This document shows positions 22,728 through 33,496 of a stretch of DNA of 63,875 bases, piece by piece. The stretch's first letter is position 1; the number at the start of each line of letters is the position of its first letter. Below the pieces are notes generated by a model, which was not told the origin of the DNA, made no database searches, and saw only the letters and a program-made list of their open reading frames with translations. This stretch comes from Candidatus Caribbeanibacter nitroreducens (GTDB taxonomy: Bacteria > Gemmatimonadota > Gemmatimonadetes > Palauibacterales > Palauibacteraceae), in assembly GCA_947581645.1 (NCBI GenBank), contig CANPVF010000022.1:1-63875 (forward strand), written 5' to 3'. A program made the translations under genes and the position numbers.

Positions 22728-25217
22728 TCACTGCTCCACGACCAGGTTGACCAGCTGATCCGGCACGTGGATCACCTTGCGCGGCGATCGCCCCTCCAGG
22801 TGGCGCCGGACGTTCTCCTCCTCCAGGGCCGCCTCCTTCACGGCGTCCTCCGAGGCTCCGCGCTCCACCTGGATCGTGGCGCGGACCGTGCCGTTCACCT
22901 GGACGGGAATCTCGATCTCGGCGGCCCGGGCCTTCTCCGGGTCGTGCTCCGGCCACCGGGCGTTCTCGAAGATGCTCGGCTCGCCGCCCAGGCGCTCCCA
23001 GAGCTCCTCGGCCAGGTGCGGCGCCACGGGGGCGATCATCACCACCAGGGGGCGCGCCTCCGCGGGTGACGGGACGCGGTCGTCGCCCCGGATCGTGCGC
23101 TCGTACTCCATGAGCGAGGCGATGGCCGTGTTGTAGTCCAGCTCCTCCACGTCCTCGGTCACGTCCCGGACGGTGCGGTGGTACTCCCGCTCCACCTCGC
23201 CCTCCTCGACGCCCTCCCGCTCGCCGTCGGCGGCCCGCTCGGCGGTCTCCCGCACCCGCTGCAGGAACCGCTGGATGCCCACGATGCCCTCGTCCCGGAA
23301 GTCGCTGTTCTCCTGGAAGGGGCCGGCGAACATGAGGTAGCCGCGGAAGACGTCGGCGCCGAACTCGTCCAGGTACTCGTCGGGGACGATCACGTTGCCC
23401 CGGGACTTCGAGATCTTCGCCCCCTCCTTGGTGAGGAGCCCGTGCTTCCTGAAGCGCTCGTAGGGCTCCTCGAAGTCCAGCACGTCCAGGTCGTCCAGCA
23501 CCATGGTGACGAACCGGGAGTAGAGCAGGTGGAGGACGGCGTGCTCCTCGCCGCCGATGTACATGTCCACCGGCAGCCACGTCTCGGTGCGCCCGGGATC
23601 GATGGGCCGGTCGTCGAAGTCCGTGCTCGGGTACCGGAGGAAGTACCAGGAGCTGTCCAGGAAGGTGTCGGAGACGTCCGTCTCCCGCCGCGCCGGGCCG
23701 CCGCACTCGGGGCAGGTGGTCTCGTAGAACTCCTCCACCCGGGCCAGGGGAGAGATCCCGCTGGCGTCGGGCCGGAAGTCGTCCACCTCGGGCAGCCGCA
23801 CCGGCAGATCCTCCTCCGGCACCGGCACGTCACCGCACTCGTCGCAGTAGACCACCGGGATCGGCGGCCCCCAGTAGCGCTGCCGGGAGATGCACCAGTC
23901 GTGGAGCCGGTAGTTGACCTCCCGCTCGCCCAGGCCCCGCTCCTCCAGCCAGTCGACGATGGCCTCCTGCCCCTCGGGCGCCGTGAGCCCGTCGAAGCGG
24001 CCCGAGTTGACCAGGACGTCGCCCTCCGCCTGGCTCACGTACGCCTCCTCGAGATCGCCCGCCGGCGCCCCGTCCTCCTCCACGACCACGGGGCGGATCT
24101 CGAGGCCGAACTCCCGGGCGAACTCGAAGTCGCGCTCGTCGTGGGCCGGGACGGCCATGATGGCCCCGGTCCCGTACTCCATCAGCACGTAGTCGGCCAC
24201 CCACACCGGCAGGCGCTCTCCGGTGCCGGGATTCGCCACATAGCCGCCGGTGAAGACGCCGGTCTTCGCCCGGTCCTCGGTCTTCTTCCTCTCCTTCAGG
24301 TCCTTGGCGGCGGTCGTCTCACGGTAGGCCTCGACCTCCTCCCGGCGGTCGTCGGAGGTCAGCCGCTCCACCATCGGGTGCTCCGGCGCCAGGACCATGA
24401 AGGTGGCGCCGAAGAGGGTGTCCGGGCGGGTGGTGTAGACGGCCAGGTTCTCCTCACCGGGCTCCGCCGGGACCGGAGTCCGTTCGGCCTCCCCCGGCGC
24501 CCCTTCTTCCACGGGGAACAGGATCTCCGCGCCCTCGGAGCGGCCGATCCAGTTGCGCTGGAGCGTCTTCGTGCTCTCGGACCAGTCGATCCACTCCAGG
24601 TTCTCCAGCAGGCGGTCGGCGTACTCGGTGATCCGGAAGAACCACTGGCTCAGCTCCTTCTGGCCCACCGCCGAGTCGCAGCGCTCGCACTTCCCTTCGA
24701 TGACCTGCTCGTTGGCCAGCACCGTCTGGCAGGAGGGGCACCAGTTGACCGGTGCCTCCTTCTTCTCGGCCAGGCCGGCCTCGTAGAGCTGCAGGAAGAG
24801 CCACTGCGTCCACCGGTAGTAGTCGGGGTCCGTGGTGTTCACGGAGTGGGACCAGTCGTACATGATCCCCATCCGGCGCAGCTGCCGCCGGAAGTTCTCC
24901 ACGTTCCGGGGGATCAGCTCCATCGGGTGGACGTCCTGCTCCAGGGCGTAGTTCTCGGAGTGGATGCCGAAGGCGTCGAAGCCGATGGGCTCGAAGACGT
25001 CCCTGCCCCGCAGCCGCTGGTAGCGGCCGTAGATGTCGGAGCCGGTGAAGGCGTAGACGTTCCCCACGTGCAGCCCCTCCGCCGAGGGATAGGGGAACAT
25101 CATGAGGTTGTAGAACGGGTCCCCCGCCTCGTCGAGGTCGGGCTCGTTGGTGCCGTGCTCGTCCCAGTAGGACCTCCACCGCTGCTCGACGCTCTCCGGA
25201 TCGTACGACTCGGACAT
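22728..25217 (-). CDS. leuS: Leucine--tRNA ligase
   Basis: MFPYPSAEGLHVGN (HIGH), CP1 editing domain (YTTRPDTLFG, GTGAIMAVPAHDERD), DWCISRQRYWG, KISKS. Confidence 0.97.
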   Translation of the reverse strand: MSESYDPESVEQRWRSYWDEHGTNEPDLDEAGDPFYNLMMFPYPSAEGLHVGNVYAFTGSDIYGRYQRLRGRDVFEPIGFDAFGIHSENYALEQDVHPMELIPRNVENFRRQLRRMGIMYDWSHSVNTTDPDYYRWTQWLFLQLYEAGLAEKKEAPVNWCPSCQTVLANEQVIEGKCERCDSAVGQKELSQWFFRITEYADRLLENLEWIDWSESTKTLQRNWIGRSEGAEILFPVEEGAPGEAERTPVPAEPGEENLAVYTTRPDTLFGATFMVLAPEHPMVERLTSDDRREEVEAYRETTAAKDLKERKKTEDRAKTGVFTGGYVANPGTGERLPVWVADYVLMEYGTGAIMAVPAHDERDFEFAREFGLEIRPVVVEEDGAPAGDLEEAYVSQAEGDVLVNSGRFDGLTAPEGQEAIVDWLEERGLGEREVNYRLHDWCISRQRYWGPPIPVVYCDECGDVPVPEEDLPVRLPEVDDFRPDASGISPLARVEEFYETTCPECGGPARRETDVSDTFLDSSWYFLRYPSTDFDDRPIDPGRTETWLPVDMYIGGEEHAVLHLLYSRFVTMVLDDLDVLDFEEPYERFRKHGLLTKEGAKISKSRGNVIVPDEYLDEFGADVFRGYLMFAGPFQENSDFRDEGIVGIQRFLQRVRETAERAADGEREGVEEGEVEREYHRTVRDVTEDVEELDYNTAIASLMEYERTIRGDDRVPSPAEARPLVVMIAPVAPHLAEELWERLGGEPSIFENARWPEHDPEKARAAEIEIPVQVNGTVRATIQVERGASEDAVKEAALEEENVRRHLEGRSPRKVIHVPDQLVNLVVEQ

Positions 25218-25399
25218 CGATCTCCGTTCGCTGGGTGTTCTTCCTTCGTTCGCTCGGGGCTCCCGCGCTCGGTGCGGGGGCGGCGAGGAGCGAAAGTGCC
25301 CCCGCCTGCGGGGCGCGACAAGCGGCCGCGCCGGGCGCCTCCGGTGACACTGCTCCGTGCGTTGCTGACCGGTTCGGCGATCCCTACCCTTCGGCCGCC

Positions 25400-26086
25400 A
25401 TGATGCTACGCGCTTCGAGTCGGGACGCCGTGGATTCCGCCGTCGGCGTCGTTCTCCTGGAGGCCCTCCGATCCACGGACACGCCTCCCGAGACCCTGGA
25501 GGCGGAAGACTTCACCCAGAGCCTCCCCCGCCGGCTCGGCCTGAGCGGCGTGATCGAGCGTCAGATCGAGCGCTACACCCGGCTGGAGGAGGAGGGGGAG
25601 GGGCTGGAGCCGTCGGCCGCCGAGGACCTCTTCCGGCTCATCAGCCGGCGCGAGGACTCCGGAGACGTCTTCCGGCGTGCGGGCCGCGACCTGGCCCGCC
25701 GGGAGCTCCGGTCCCGCGGGATCGGCTCGAAGGCCCTCTCCTGGACGGGGCCGACGGTCCTCACCCGGTGGCTGGCGCTGCGCGCCGCCGCACGGCTGGC
25801 CCGCCGGGTGAGCCCCGTCGCCTCGGTGAGGACGGACCGGAACCCTCCGTCCCTGGTCGTCGAGGGGTGCCTCCCGGCCCGGGCCTGCGAGGGACCGGAC
25901 GGGTGCGAGGTGCTCGCACAGGGACTCGAGACCTTCCTGGAGGCGTACTCCGGCTCCGAGGCGCCCGTCGTTCATCCCATGTGCGAGTCGGCGTCCGAGT
26001 CGGCATGCGTCTTCCGCGTGGCCTCCGCCTCGGAAGACCGGGACGGAAGAGGCGCGGAGGACGGACCCGGGGCTCCGGAGAGCTGA
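25400..26086 (+). CDS. V4R / heme-NO-binding-like domain protein
   Basis: C-terminal CLPARAC...C...HPMCESASESACVF resembles the V4R Cys pattern. Confidence 0.55.
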   Translation: MMLRASSRDAVDSAVGVVLLEALRSTDTPPETLEAEDFTQSLPRRLGLSGVIERQIERYTRLEEEGEGLEPSAAEDLFRLISRREDSGDVFRRAGRDLARRELRSRGIGSKALSWTGPTVLTRWLALRAAARLARRVSPVASVRTDRNPPSLVVEGCLPARACEGPDGCEVLAQGLETFLEAYSGSEAPVVHPMCESASESACVFRVASASEDRDGRGAEDGPGAPES

Positions 26087-27034
26087 TCAGCCCCTCCGGG
26101 TCGCCGCCTCCCGGCCCGGGTCCTCGCCCCCGCGCACGGGCTCCACGTGGACCACGACGTCGCGGAACCCACCCTCGGCCTTGAGGGCCTCCTCCACCTG
26201 GTGGGCGATGAGGTGGGCGTCGCGCACGTTCTTGTCCGAGTCCACACGTATGGTGAGCTCGGCGAAGGCCTCCCCGGTCCGTCCCCGGGACCGGATCTCG
26301 GTGGCCTCCCGGACCTCCGGCCGATCGGTGACGAAGTCCCGGATCCGCTCCGGATCCAGCGCCCTGCGGTCCACCAGGACCGGGACCGTCTCCTTGAGGA
26401 TCTGCCACCCGCTCCACGCGATGACGGCGGCCACCAGGAGCGCCAGCCAGGCGTCTCCCTGCCGCCAGCCCAGCTCCACGAGGCCCAGCCCTCCGATGAC
26501 GGCCAGGGTGACCAGCACGTCCGCCGTCGTGTGCCGGGAGTCGGCGCGGAGCATCTCGCTGTCCAGCTTCCTCCCGTACCGGGCCTCCCCCCAGGCGACG
26601 GCCACGTTCACGGCGGCCGTCGCCCCGAGCACGGCGAAGGCCACGGGACCCAGCTCCGGCGGCGGCCCGCCGGCGGTCAGGTCGAGGATCGCCCCGCGGA
26701 CCAGCTCGAAGCACGTGATGGAGAGGAAGCTCACCACCGCCAGCGCGCCCAGCGTCTCGAACTTCCCGTGCCCGTAGGGGTGCTCGGCGTCCGGCGGCTC
26801 GGCCGCCACACGGACGGCCAGCAGTCCGACCACGTTGTTCAGGGCGTCCACGCCGGAGTGGCCGGCGTCACCCAGGACGGCGATGGAGCCGATCCGGAGC
26901 CCGACGGTCGCCTTCGCCGCGATGACGAGCAGGTTGGCGGCGAGCACCCATCGCAGGACGCGGCGGACCGACGCGCGGCGCACGTCCCGGCCGGCCTCGG
27001 AGGGGGTGGGGCCGACGACGGTTCCCGGGCTCAT
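26087..27034 (-). CDS. Cation diffusion facilitator transporter (FieF-like)
   Basis: SIAVLGDAGHSGVD, PPDAEHPYGHGKFE, ADSRHTTAD, VVVHVEP. Confidence 0.93.
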   Translation of the reverse strand: MSPGTVVGPTPSEAGRDVRRASVRRVLRWVLAANLLVIAAKATVGLRIGSIAVLGDAGHSGVDALNNVVGLLAVRVAAEPPDAEHPYGHGKFETLGALAVVSFLSITCFELVRGAILDLTAGGPPPELGPVAFAVLGATAAVNVAVAWGEARYGRKLDSEMLRADSRHTTADVLVTLAVIGGLGLVELGWRQGDAWLALLVAAVIAWSGWQILKETVPVLVDRRALDPERIRDFVTDRPEVREATEIRSRGRTGEAFAELTIRVDSDKNVRDAHLIAHQVEEALKAEGGFRDVVVHVEPVRGGEDPGREAATRRG

Positions 27035-27044
27035 CCGGCGGGGA

Positions 27045-27227
27045 TCACACGAACTTGCTGAAGACCCAGTCCAGCAGCTGCTGGAGCGGCGAGGCGCGGG
27101 AGGCGCGGGCGCCCGTGTCCTCGTACCGGTCGTAGAGGCCCGGATAGCCCAGCCCGATCCAGATCCCGGCGGCGAAGGCCACCACCATCGAGCTGACGAT
27201 GATCCAGAACAGCGTCTGATCGCTCAT
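27045..27227 (-). CDS. Small single-TM hypothetical protein (60 aa)
   Basis: ATG at 27227 with GGAG RBS; TM LFWIIVSSMVVAFAAGIWIGLG. Confidence 0.6.
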   Translation of the reverse strand: MSDQTLFWIIVSSMVVAFAAGIWIGLGYPGLYDRYEDTGARASRASPLQQLLDWVFSKFV

Positions 27228-27328
27228 TGCTCCGTCTTCTTGCTTCGGGCGACAGTCGCCGCGTAACGTGATCTTCCGTGGACCGACCGAGCTCCGGTCG
27301 ATGACCAGCAACTTCACAGGAGGCGGCC

Positions 27329-29290
27329 ATGGCTGCATCCCCTCGCCGCGAGATCGACGTCCTCTTACACGAGGGCCGACGCGTCGAGCCCCCCGAGGAC
27401 TTCCGGCGCGAGGCCCGCGTCTCGGACCGGACCCCCTACCGGCGTGCCGGGGAGGATCGGCTCGCCTTCTGGGAGGAGCGGGCCCGCGAGCTGGACTGGT
27501 TCGAGGAGTGGGACGAGGTGCTGAACTGGGATCCGCCCCACGCCGAGTGGTTCGTCGGGGGGCGCCTGAACGCCGCCCACAACTGCCTGGACCGGCACCT
27601 GGACGGCTGGCGGGCCAACAAGGCCGCGCTGATCTGGGAGGGGGAGCCCGGCGACCGCCGGACCTACACCTACCGGGAGCTGCACCGCGAGGTCTCGCGG
27701 CTGGCCAACGGGATGAAGGAGATGGGGGTGGAGAAGGGCGACCGGGTCGCCATCTACCTGCCCATGATTCCCGAGGCCGCCGTGGCCATGCTGGCCTGCG
27801 CCCGCATCGGGGCCGTCCACTCCGTGGTCTTCGGCGGCTTCTCGCCCGGCTCGCTCCGGAGCCGCATCCAGGACGCCGGCGCCGAGCTCCTGATCACGGC
27901 CACCGGCGGCTACCGGCGCGGCAACGTCCTGCGGCTGAAGCGGGACGCCGACGAGGCCATCGAGGGCCTGGACGTCGTGGAGAACGTCATCGTCGTCCGG
28001 CGGGGCTTCAGCGCCGAGGGGGACGAGACCTTCGCGCGCATGCAGGAGGGGCGCGACCACTGGTACGAGGACGTCGTCGGGGAGGCCTCGCCGAAGTGCC
28101 CGGCCGAGCCCATGGCCTCGGAGGACCTCCTCTACATCCTGTACACCTCGGGCACGACCGGTAAGCCCAAGGGGGTCATGCACACCACCGGCGGCTACAT
28201 GACGCAGGTGCAGGCCACCACCGAGTGGGTGTTCGACCTGAAGGAGGAGGACGTCTACTGGTGCACGGCCGACGTCGGGTGGGTCACCGGCCACTCCTAC
28301 ATCGTCTACGGCCCGCTGGCCGCCGGGGCCACGGTCTTCATGTACGAGGGCGCGCCGGACTGGCCGGAGCGGGACCGCTTCTGGGAGCTGGTGGAGCGCT
28401 ACGGCGTGAGCATCCTGTACACGGCCCCCACCGCCATCCGCGCCTTCATGAAGTGGGGCGAGGAGTGGCCCGAGAAGCACGACCTCTCCAGCCTGCGCCT
28501 CCTGGGCACGGTGGGCGAGCCCATCAACCCGGAGGCCTGGGAGTGGTACCGGGAGCACATCGGCGGCGGCGAGTGCCCCATCGTCGACACGTGGTGGCAG
28601 ACCGAGACCGGCGGAATCATGATCACGCCCCTCCCGGGCGTCACCACGACGAAGCCGGGCTCGGCCACCGAGCCCTTCCCCGGGATCGAGGCCGCGATCC
28701 TGGACGACGACGGCAACGAGGCCGAGAGCGGCTACCTGGCGATCACCGAGCCGTGGCCCTCCATGCTCCGCGGGGTGTGGGGCGACGAGGAGCGCTTCCG
28801 CGAGACCTACTGGTCGAAGTGGGACGATACCTACTTCCCCGGCGACGGCGCCCGTGTCGACGGGGACGGGGACTTCTGGATCCTCGGACGCGTGGACGAC
28901 GTGCTGAACGTGGCGGGCCACCGCATCGGGACCATGGAGGTGGAGTCCGCGGTGGTGGACCACCCGGCCACGGCCGAGGCCGCCGTCGTGGGCCGGAAGG
29001 ACGAGGTGAAGGGCGAGGCCATCGCCGCCTTCGTCTCGCTGAAGGAGGGGTACGAGGCCAGCGACGGGCTGCAGGAGGAGATCCGCGAGCACGTGGGGCA
29101 GGAGATCGGCGCCATCGCCAAGCCCGCCGACGTGATCTTCACCGCCGACCTGCCGAAGACGCGGAGCGGGAAGATCATGCGCCGCCTGCTCAAGGACATC
29201 GCCGAGGGCGAGGCCCTGGGCGATACGACGACGCTGGCCGACCCCGACGTGGTGGAGCGGCTGAAGCAGAAGTACGAGGAGGGCGGCTGA
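27329..29290 (+). CDS. acs: Acetyl-CoA synthetase
   Basis: [48 protein letters not shown]. Confidence 0.97.
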   Translation: MAASPRREIDVLLHEGRRVEPPEDFRREARVSDRTPYRRAGEDRLAFWEERARELDWFEEWDEVLNWDPPHAEWFVGGRLNAAHNCLDRHLDGWRANKAALIWEGEPGDRRTYTYRELHREVSRLANGMKEMGVEKGDRVAIYLPMIPEAAVAMLACARIGAVHSVVFGGFSPGSLRSRIQDAGAELLITATGGYRRGNVLRLKRDADEAIEGLDVVENVIVVRRGFSAEGDETFARMQEGRDHWYEDVVGEASPKCPAEPMASEDLLYILYTSGTTGKPKGVMHTTGGYMTQVQATTEWVFDLKEEDVYWCTADVGWVTGHSYIVYGPLAAGATVFMYEGAPDWPERDRFWELVERYGVSILYTAPTAIRAFMKWGEEWPEKHDLSSLRLLGTVGEPINPEAWEWYREHIGGGECPIVDTWWQTETGGIMITPLPGVTTTKPGSATEPFPGIEAAILDDDGNEAESGYLAITEPWPSMLRGVWGDEERFRETYWSKWDDTYFPGDGARVDGDGDFWILGRVDDVLNVAGHRIGTMEVESAVVDHPATAEAAVVGRKDEVKGEAIAAFVSLKEGYEASDGLQEEIREHVGQEIGAIAKPADVIFTADLPKTRSGKIMRRLLKDIAEGEALGDTTTLADPDVVERLKQKYEEGG

Positions 29291-29341
29291 CGGGGACGCG
29301 GCCGGGCGCCGGGGCCGGATCCCTCGGCGGCCCGGCCCGGC

Positions 29342-29986
29342 TTAGACGCCCCTCGTCTCCGGGTCCCAGATGAACTTGTGGATCTGGAGGTTGAGCCTCA
29401 CCGGCGCCCCGTCCTCCAGGATCCACTCCGACAGCTCCCGCCGATCCATCTCGCCGTGGACCGGCGAGAAGTGGACCGTGAACCGGTCCGCCAGCTCCCG
29501 CTCCCGGACGCGATCCAGGGCCCACTCGTAGTCGCGGCGGTCCCGGATCACGAACTTCAGCTCGTCCCGGCCCGGCTCGAGGAGCTCCAGGTTGGACCAG
29601 TCGTTGGCCTCCTCCTCTCCGCTCCCGGGACACTTCAGGTCCATCACCTTCACCACCTCCGGCGGGACGCGGTCCACCGGGACGCTGCCGCCGGTCTCGC
29701 ACAGCACCGTGTAGCCCCGCTCCAGGAGGGAGCGGGCCAGCTCGCCGACGTCGTGCTGCAGCAGCGGCTCGCCGCCGGTGAGCTCCACCAGCCCGCACCC
29801 GGGGCCCACCCGCTCCACCTCGTCCAGCACCTCGTCCACGCTCATCTCCTCCCCGCCGTGGAACGAGTACTCGGTGTCGCACCAGTCGCAGCGGAGGTTG
29901 CAGCCGGTGGTGCGGACGAAGACGCAGGGGCGCCCGGCGTAGCTCGACTCGCCCTGGATGGAGAAGAAGATCTCTGTGACCTGCAT
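29342..29986 (-). CDS. queE: 7-carboxy-7-deazaguanine synthase (radical SAM)
   Basis: EIFFSIQGE, FVRTTGCNLRCDWCDT, LTGGEPLLQ, LQIHKFIW. Confidence 0.88.
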   Translation of the reverse strand: MQVTEIFFSIQGESSYAGRPCVFVRTTGCNLRCDWCDTEYSFHGGEEMSVDEVLDEVERVGPGCGLVELTGGEPLLQHDVGELARSLLERGYTVLCETGGSVPVDRVPPEVVKVMDLKCPGSGEEEANDWSNLELLEPGRDELKFVIRDRRDYEWALDRVRERELADRFTVHFSPVHGEMDRRELSEWILEDGAPVRLNLQIHKFIWDPETRGV

Positions 29987-30033
29987 GTCGCGCGCTCCCG
30001 CTGAGAGGGACCGGGAACGACCTCCCCCGGCGC

Positions 30034-32361
30034 TCAGCGCTCCGTGAGCGCCCCCTCCAGGTGGTCGGTGATCATGCGGAACAGGTTCATCTGCAACGTG
30101 GGGCCGCCGATGCCGTGCTGCGCGTTCGGATAGATGCGGAGGGAGAACTGCTCGTCGGCCTCCTCCAGGGCGGACACCATGCGGACCGTGTTCTGGAAGT
30201 GGACGTTGTCGTCGCCGGTCCCGTGGACCAGCAGGAGGTCCGACTCCAGCCGGTCGGCGTAGTTGAGCGGGGCCCCCTTCCTGTATCCCTCCGGGTTCCC
30301 CCGGGGCGTCCACATGTAGCGCTCGGTGTAGATCGTGTCGTAGAGCTCCCAGTGGGTGACGGGCGCCACCGAGACGCCGGCGGCGAAGCCCTCGCCGTCA
30401 CCCGTGAGGGTGCTCATGAGGGTCAGGTAGCCGCCGTAGCTCCATCCCCAGATGGCCGTCCGGGAGCCGTCCACGTACGGCCGCTCGGCCAGCTGGCGGC
30501 GGGCGGCGCGCTGATCCGCGGCCTCCAGCTGTCCCAGCTCCAGGTACGTCTGCTTCTCGAAATCGCGCCCCCGGGCCCCGGTGCCCCGGTTGTCGACGCT
30601 GGCCACCAGGATGCCCTGACGGGCCAGCATCTGATGCCACAGGTAGCGGCGGCCGCCCCACTGGTCCATGACGGTCTGGGACCCCGGGCCGCCGTAGACG
30701 TACATCAGGAGGGCGTACTCCCGCTCGGGGTCGAAGTCCGGCGGCCGGATCATGTAACCGTTCAGGGGAGTGCCGTCGGCGGCCTCCACCTGGATGAACT
30801 CCGGCGGCGCCAGCCCCAGGGAGTCGACCCGCGCGCGGAGCGCCGCGTTGTCCACGAGCGTCCGCACCTCGGAGCCGTCGCCGCGCCGGAGGGTGGAGGT
30901 CGGCGGCACGCCGGCCCGGGAGTGCCGGTCGACGAAGTACCGGAAGCCCGGCGCGAAGTCGGCGGAGTGGACGCCCTCGCCGCCGACCACGCGATGCGGC
31001 CCCGAGCCGTCGAGCCCCACCCAGTAGACGGATCGGGTGAGAGGGCCCCGGCGGGCCGCGGTGAAGTACACGCGCCCTCGCTCGGCGTCGACCCCGTGGA
31101 CCGAGGTGACCTCCCAGTCGCCGGACGTGAGCTGCCGCACGAGGGTCCCGTCGCTCCGGTACAGGTAGAGGTGCCGGTGGTCGCCGGGCTCGCCCGCCCA
31201 CACGAAGCGTCGGGCGCCGTCGAACCAGTGCAGGCGCCCGCCCACGTCCACCCAGGCGCTGTCCTCCTCGGCGAGCACGGTGCTGGTGTCGCCGGAGGCG
31301 ACGTCGCCGAAGAGCAGCTCCAGCCGGTTCTGGCGGCGGTTCACGAGCTGGAGGGCCACCCGGTCGGAGCTCCCGGGCCATTCCAGCCGGGCGATGTAGT
31401 GGTCGTTGGTGAAGGGGAGCTCCAGCCAGCTCGTCTCCCCGCTCTCCACGTCCACCGCGCCGACCCGGACCCGCGAGTTCTCGGTCCCGGCCTTCGGATA
31501 CCGCACCCAGGAGATCTCCGGATAGAGCGAGTCCTGGTTCACCCGGTAGGGGAAGGAGTCCACCGGGCTCTGGTCCAGCTGCAGGTAGGCGATGCGCCGC
31601 CCCTCGGGGCCCCAGCGGAAGGCGTCCCGGAAGCCCAGCTCCTCCTCGTAGACCCAGTCGGTGGTGCCGTTGATGACGTTCTCGCTGCCGCTGGTCGTCA
31701 GGGCCCGCTCGCGGCCCGTCTCCAGGTCGACGACGAAGAGGTCGTTCCGGCGTACGAAGGCCACCTTCCCGCCGTCCGGTGAGAACTTCGCGAACATCTG
31801 GGGGCCCGGCTCCTCGGAGACGGGGGTCAGGCTCCGCTCCTCCAGGTCGAGCACCCAGTAGGTGCCACGGGTGCGATCCCGCCACACCTCGCGGGCCTCC
31901 GTGAACAGGAGGAGTCGCCGCCCCTCCGGCGAGAAGGAGAAGTCGTACACCCCGAGGGGCTCCCCCCTGCCCGCCGGCGTGAGCTCGTCGGTGGAGGCCA
32001 GGGTGTCTCGATCACCGGTGGCCGCCTCCACCTGGACCAGCGTCGGACGCCCCCGCGAGTCCCGCTCGACGGTGACCCACTGCTGGCCGTCGTCGCGCCA
32101 CGTGCCGGTGAAGCGATCGGCCAGGTAGCGGTACGAGCCGAAGATCGACTCGATGGACAGCTCGTCTCCGTCCTGCACCGGGGCCGTCCGGGCCCCCGGC
32201 GCCCGCTCGGCGGCCGGGAGACCCTCCGGCCCGCCCGGGAGCGGGGGCACGCCCTGCTGCGCCGGTGCGGGCCCGGCCGTGATCAGCGTCAGGACGGCCC
32301 CCAGGGCGGCGGCCGCGAGGCGCCGGATCGCCGCCCCCTCTCCGTCGGGCGCCCCGCTCAC
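30034..32361 (-). CDS. S9B dipeptidyl-peptidase IV family
   Basis: NGTTDWVYEEE, YPKAG, GWSYGG nucleophile, GTGDDNVH; signal peptide after the GTG at 32361. Confidence 0.93.
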   Translation of the reverse strand: MSGAPDGEGAAIRRLAAAALGAVLTLITAGPAPAQQGVPPLPGGPEGLPAAERAPGARTAPVQDGDELSIESIFGSYRYLADRFTGTWRDDGQQWVTVERDSRGRPTLVQVEAATGDRDTLASTDELTPAGRGEPLGVYDFSFSPEGRRLLLFTEAREVWRDRTRGTYWVLDLEERSLTPVSEEPGPQMFAKFSPDGGKVAFVRRNDLFVVDLETGRERALTTSGSENVINGTTDWVYEEELGFRDAFRWGPEGRRIAYLQLDQSPVDSFPYRVNQDSLYPEISWVRYPKAGTENSRVRVGAVDVESGETSWLELPFTNDHYIARLEWPGSSDRVALQLVNRRQNRLELLFGDVASGDTSTVLAEEDSAWVDVGGRLHWFDGARRFVWAGEPGDHRHLYLYRSDGTLVRQLTSGDWEVTSVHGVDAERGRVYFTAARRGPLTRSVYWVGLDGSGPHRVVGGEGVHSADFAPGFRYFVDRHSRAGVPPTSTLRRGDGSEVRTLVDNAALRARVDSLGLAPPEFIQVEAADGTPLNGYMIRPPDFDPEREYALLMYVYGGPGSQTVMDQWGGRRYLWHQMLARQGILVASVDNRGTGARGRDFEKQTYLELGQLEAADQRAARRQLAERPYVDGSRTAIWGWSYGGYLTLMSTLTGDGEGFAAGVSVAPVTHWELYDTIYTERYMWTPRGNPEGYRKGAPLNYADRLESDLLLVHGTGDDNVHFQNTVRMVSALEEADEQFSLRIYPNAQHGIGGPTLQMNLFRMITDHLEGALTER

Positions 32362-33344
32362 GCCACCACCAGGGAGCGAATCGTCGGAAGCCCCCGCATC
32401 AGGCGCGACCAGCCCTCCATGTCCGGGTCTCCGTAGTGGAGGGCCCCGCCGCTGGTGGCGACGAAGACCCCGCCGCGCCGCTCCGGCTCCGTGGCCACGG
32501 CGGTGAAGGCCTCGCGGCTCGGGTAGAGCGGGCTCAGCCCCAGGGACGACCACGTGTCTCCGCCGTCGCCGCTCTTGTGGACGGCGGCCCGCGGCCCGTC
32601 GCCGCTCTCCCAGCTGCTCGGCGGTCCGTCGGCGGTGATCAGGTAGACGTGCGTCTCGTCTCCCAGGTCCTCCAGGGCCATGCCGGTGCAGTAGGCCTGA
32701 CCCAGCTCGCTGTCGTGGGGCGTCCAGTCCGTGCCCCGGTCGTCGCTGCGGTAGAATCCGCCCCCGGTGGCGGCGTACACCCGGCTCGGACGGTTCGGAT
32801 CCGTCGCCAGGACGTGGATGTCGTCGTAGATGCCGTCGTTGATCGGCCGCCAGCTGCGCCCGCCGTCGTCGGTCCGGTAGGCGCCGCCGATCTCCACGCC
32901 GGCGTACATCCGGTGCGCGTGGTGGGGATCGAACGCCAGCGCCTGGACGTGGGCCTCTCGTCCCCCGTAGCCGCGCCACTCGTCGTCGGAGGCCACGGAC
33001 GAGAACGCCGCCTGCTCGGTCCAGCTGGCACCGGCGTCGTGGGACGCGAAGATCGCCGCCGGCTCGGTGCCGGCGAAGACCGTGTCCGGATGCCGGGGAG
33101 GGGCGCCCAGGTGGCTGACGCCCCGGTCGTCCGGGAGGGAGCCCGCCCGCTGAAAGTCCCCCCCGCGGTCGTCGGACCGGTAGACGTCGCCGGAGCGCGT
33201 GGCGACGTAGACGCGGGTCCGGGAGCGGGCCACGGCCGGCACCGCCTCGCCGGCCAGCTCCTCGGTCTCCGTGCGGGCGGAGCGCTCGCCCGGGATCCAC
33301 CGGGCCACGTGAACACCGTCGTCGGTACCGATCACCAGGCGCAT
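32358..33344 (-). CDS. BNR/Asp-box beta-propeller protein
   Basis: Repeated S/T-x-D-x-G-x-x-W/F boxes (SDDRGGDF, SHDAGASW, TDDGGRSW, SDDRGTDW, SGDGGDTW); GGAGGAG RBS. Confidence 0.85.
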   Translation of the reverse strand: MRLVIGTDDGVHVARWIPGERSARTETEELAGEAVPAVARSRTRVYVATRSGDVYRSDDRGGDFQRAGSLPDDRGVSHLGAPPRHPDTVFAGTEPAAIFASHDAGASWTEQAAFSSVASDDEWRGYGGREAHVQALAFDPHHAHRMYAGVEIGGAYRTDDGGRSWRPINDGIYDDIHVLATDPNRPSRVYAATGGGFYRSDDRGTDWTPHDSELGQAYCTGMALEDLGDETHVYLITADGPPSSWESGDGPRAAVHKSGDGGDTWSSLGLSPLYPSREAFTAVATEPERRGGVFVATSGGALHYGDPDMEGWSRLMRGLPTIRSLVVA

Positions 33345-33496
33345 GGTCGAAGCTCCTCCTGCCTCGTCTATCGCGATCGCCCCGCCCTGCGGCGGAGCGC
33401 GTGGTTGACGTCTCGCGTGCTCAAGATAGTCCCCCGGCGCCCTGAATCGAGGGGATCCCCGGGCCGGGGACCGGCCGCCGGGGCAGGCGCTCCCGG

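Noticed and set aside
25400-26086. Photosynthesis gene cluster suggested by the BchJ-like protein
   Set aside because: No bch, puf or crt genes in the window.
29342-29986. queE as part of a 7-deazaguanine DNA-modification (dpd) defence island
   Set aside because: No dpdA/tgt, queC, queD or folE nearby; the context is housekeeping.
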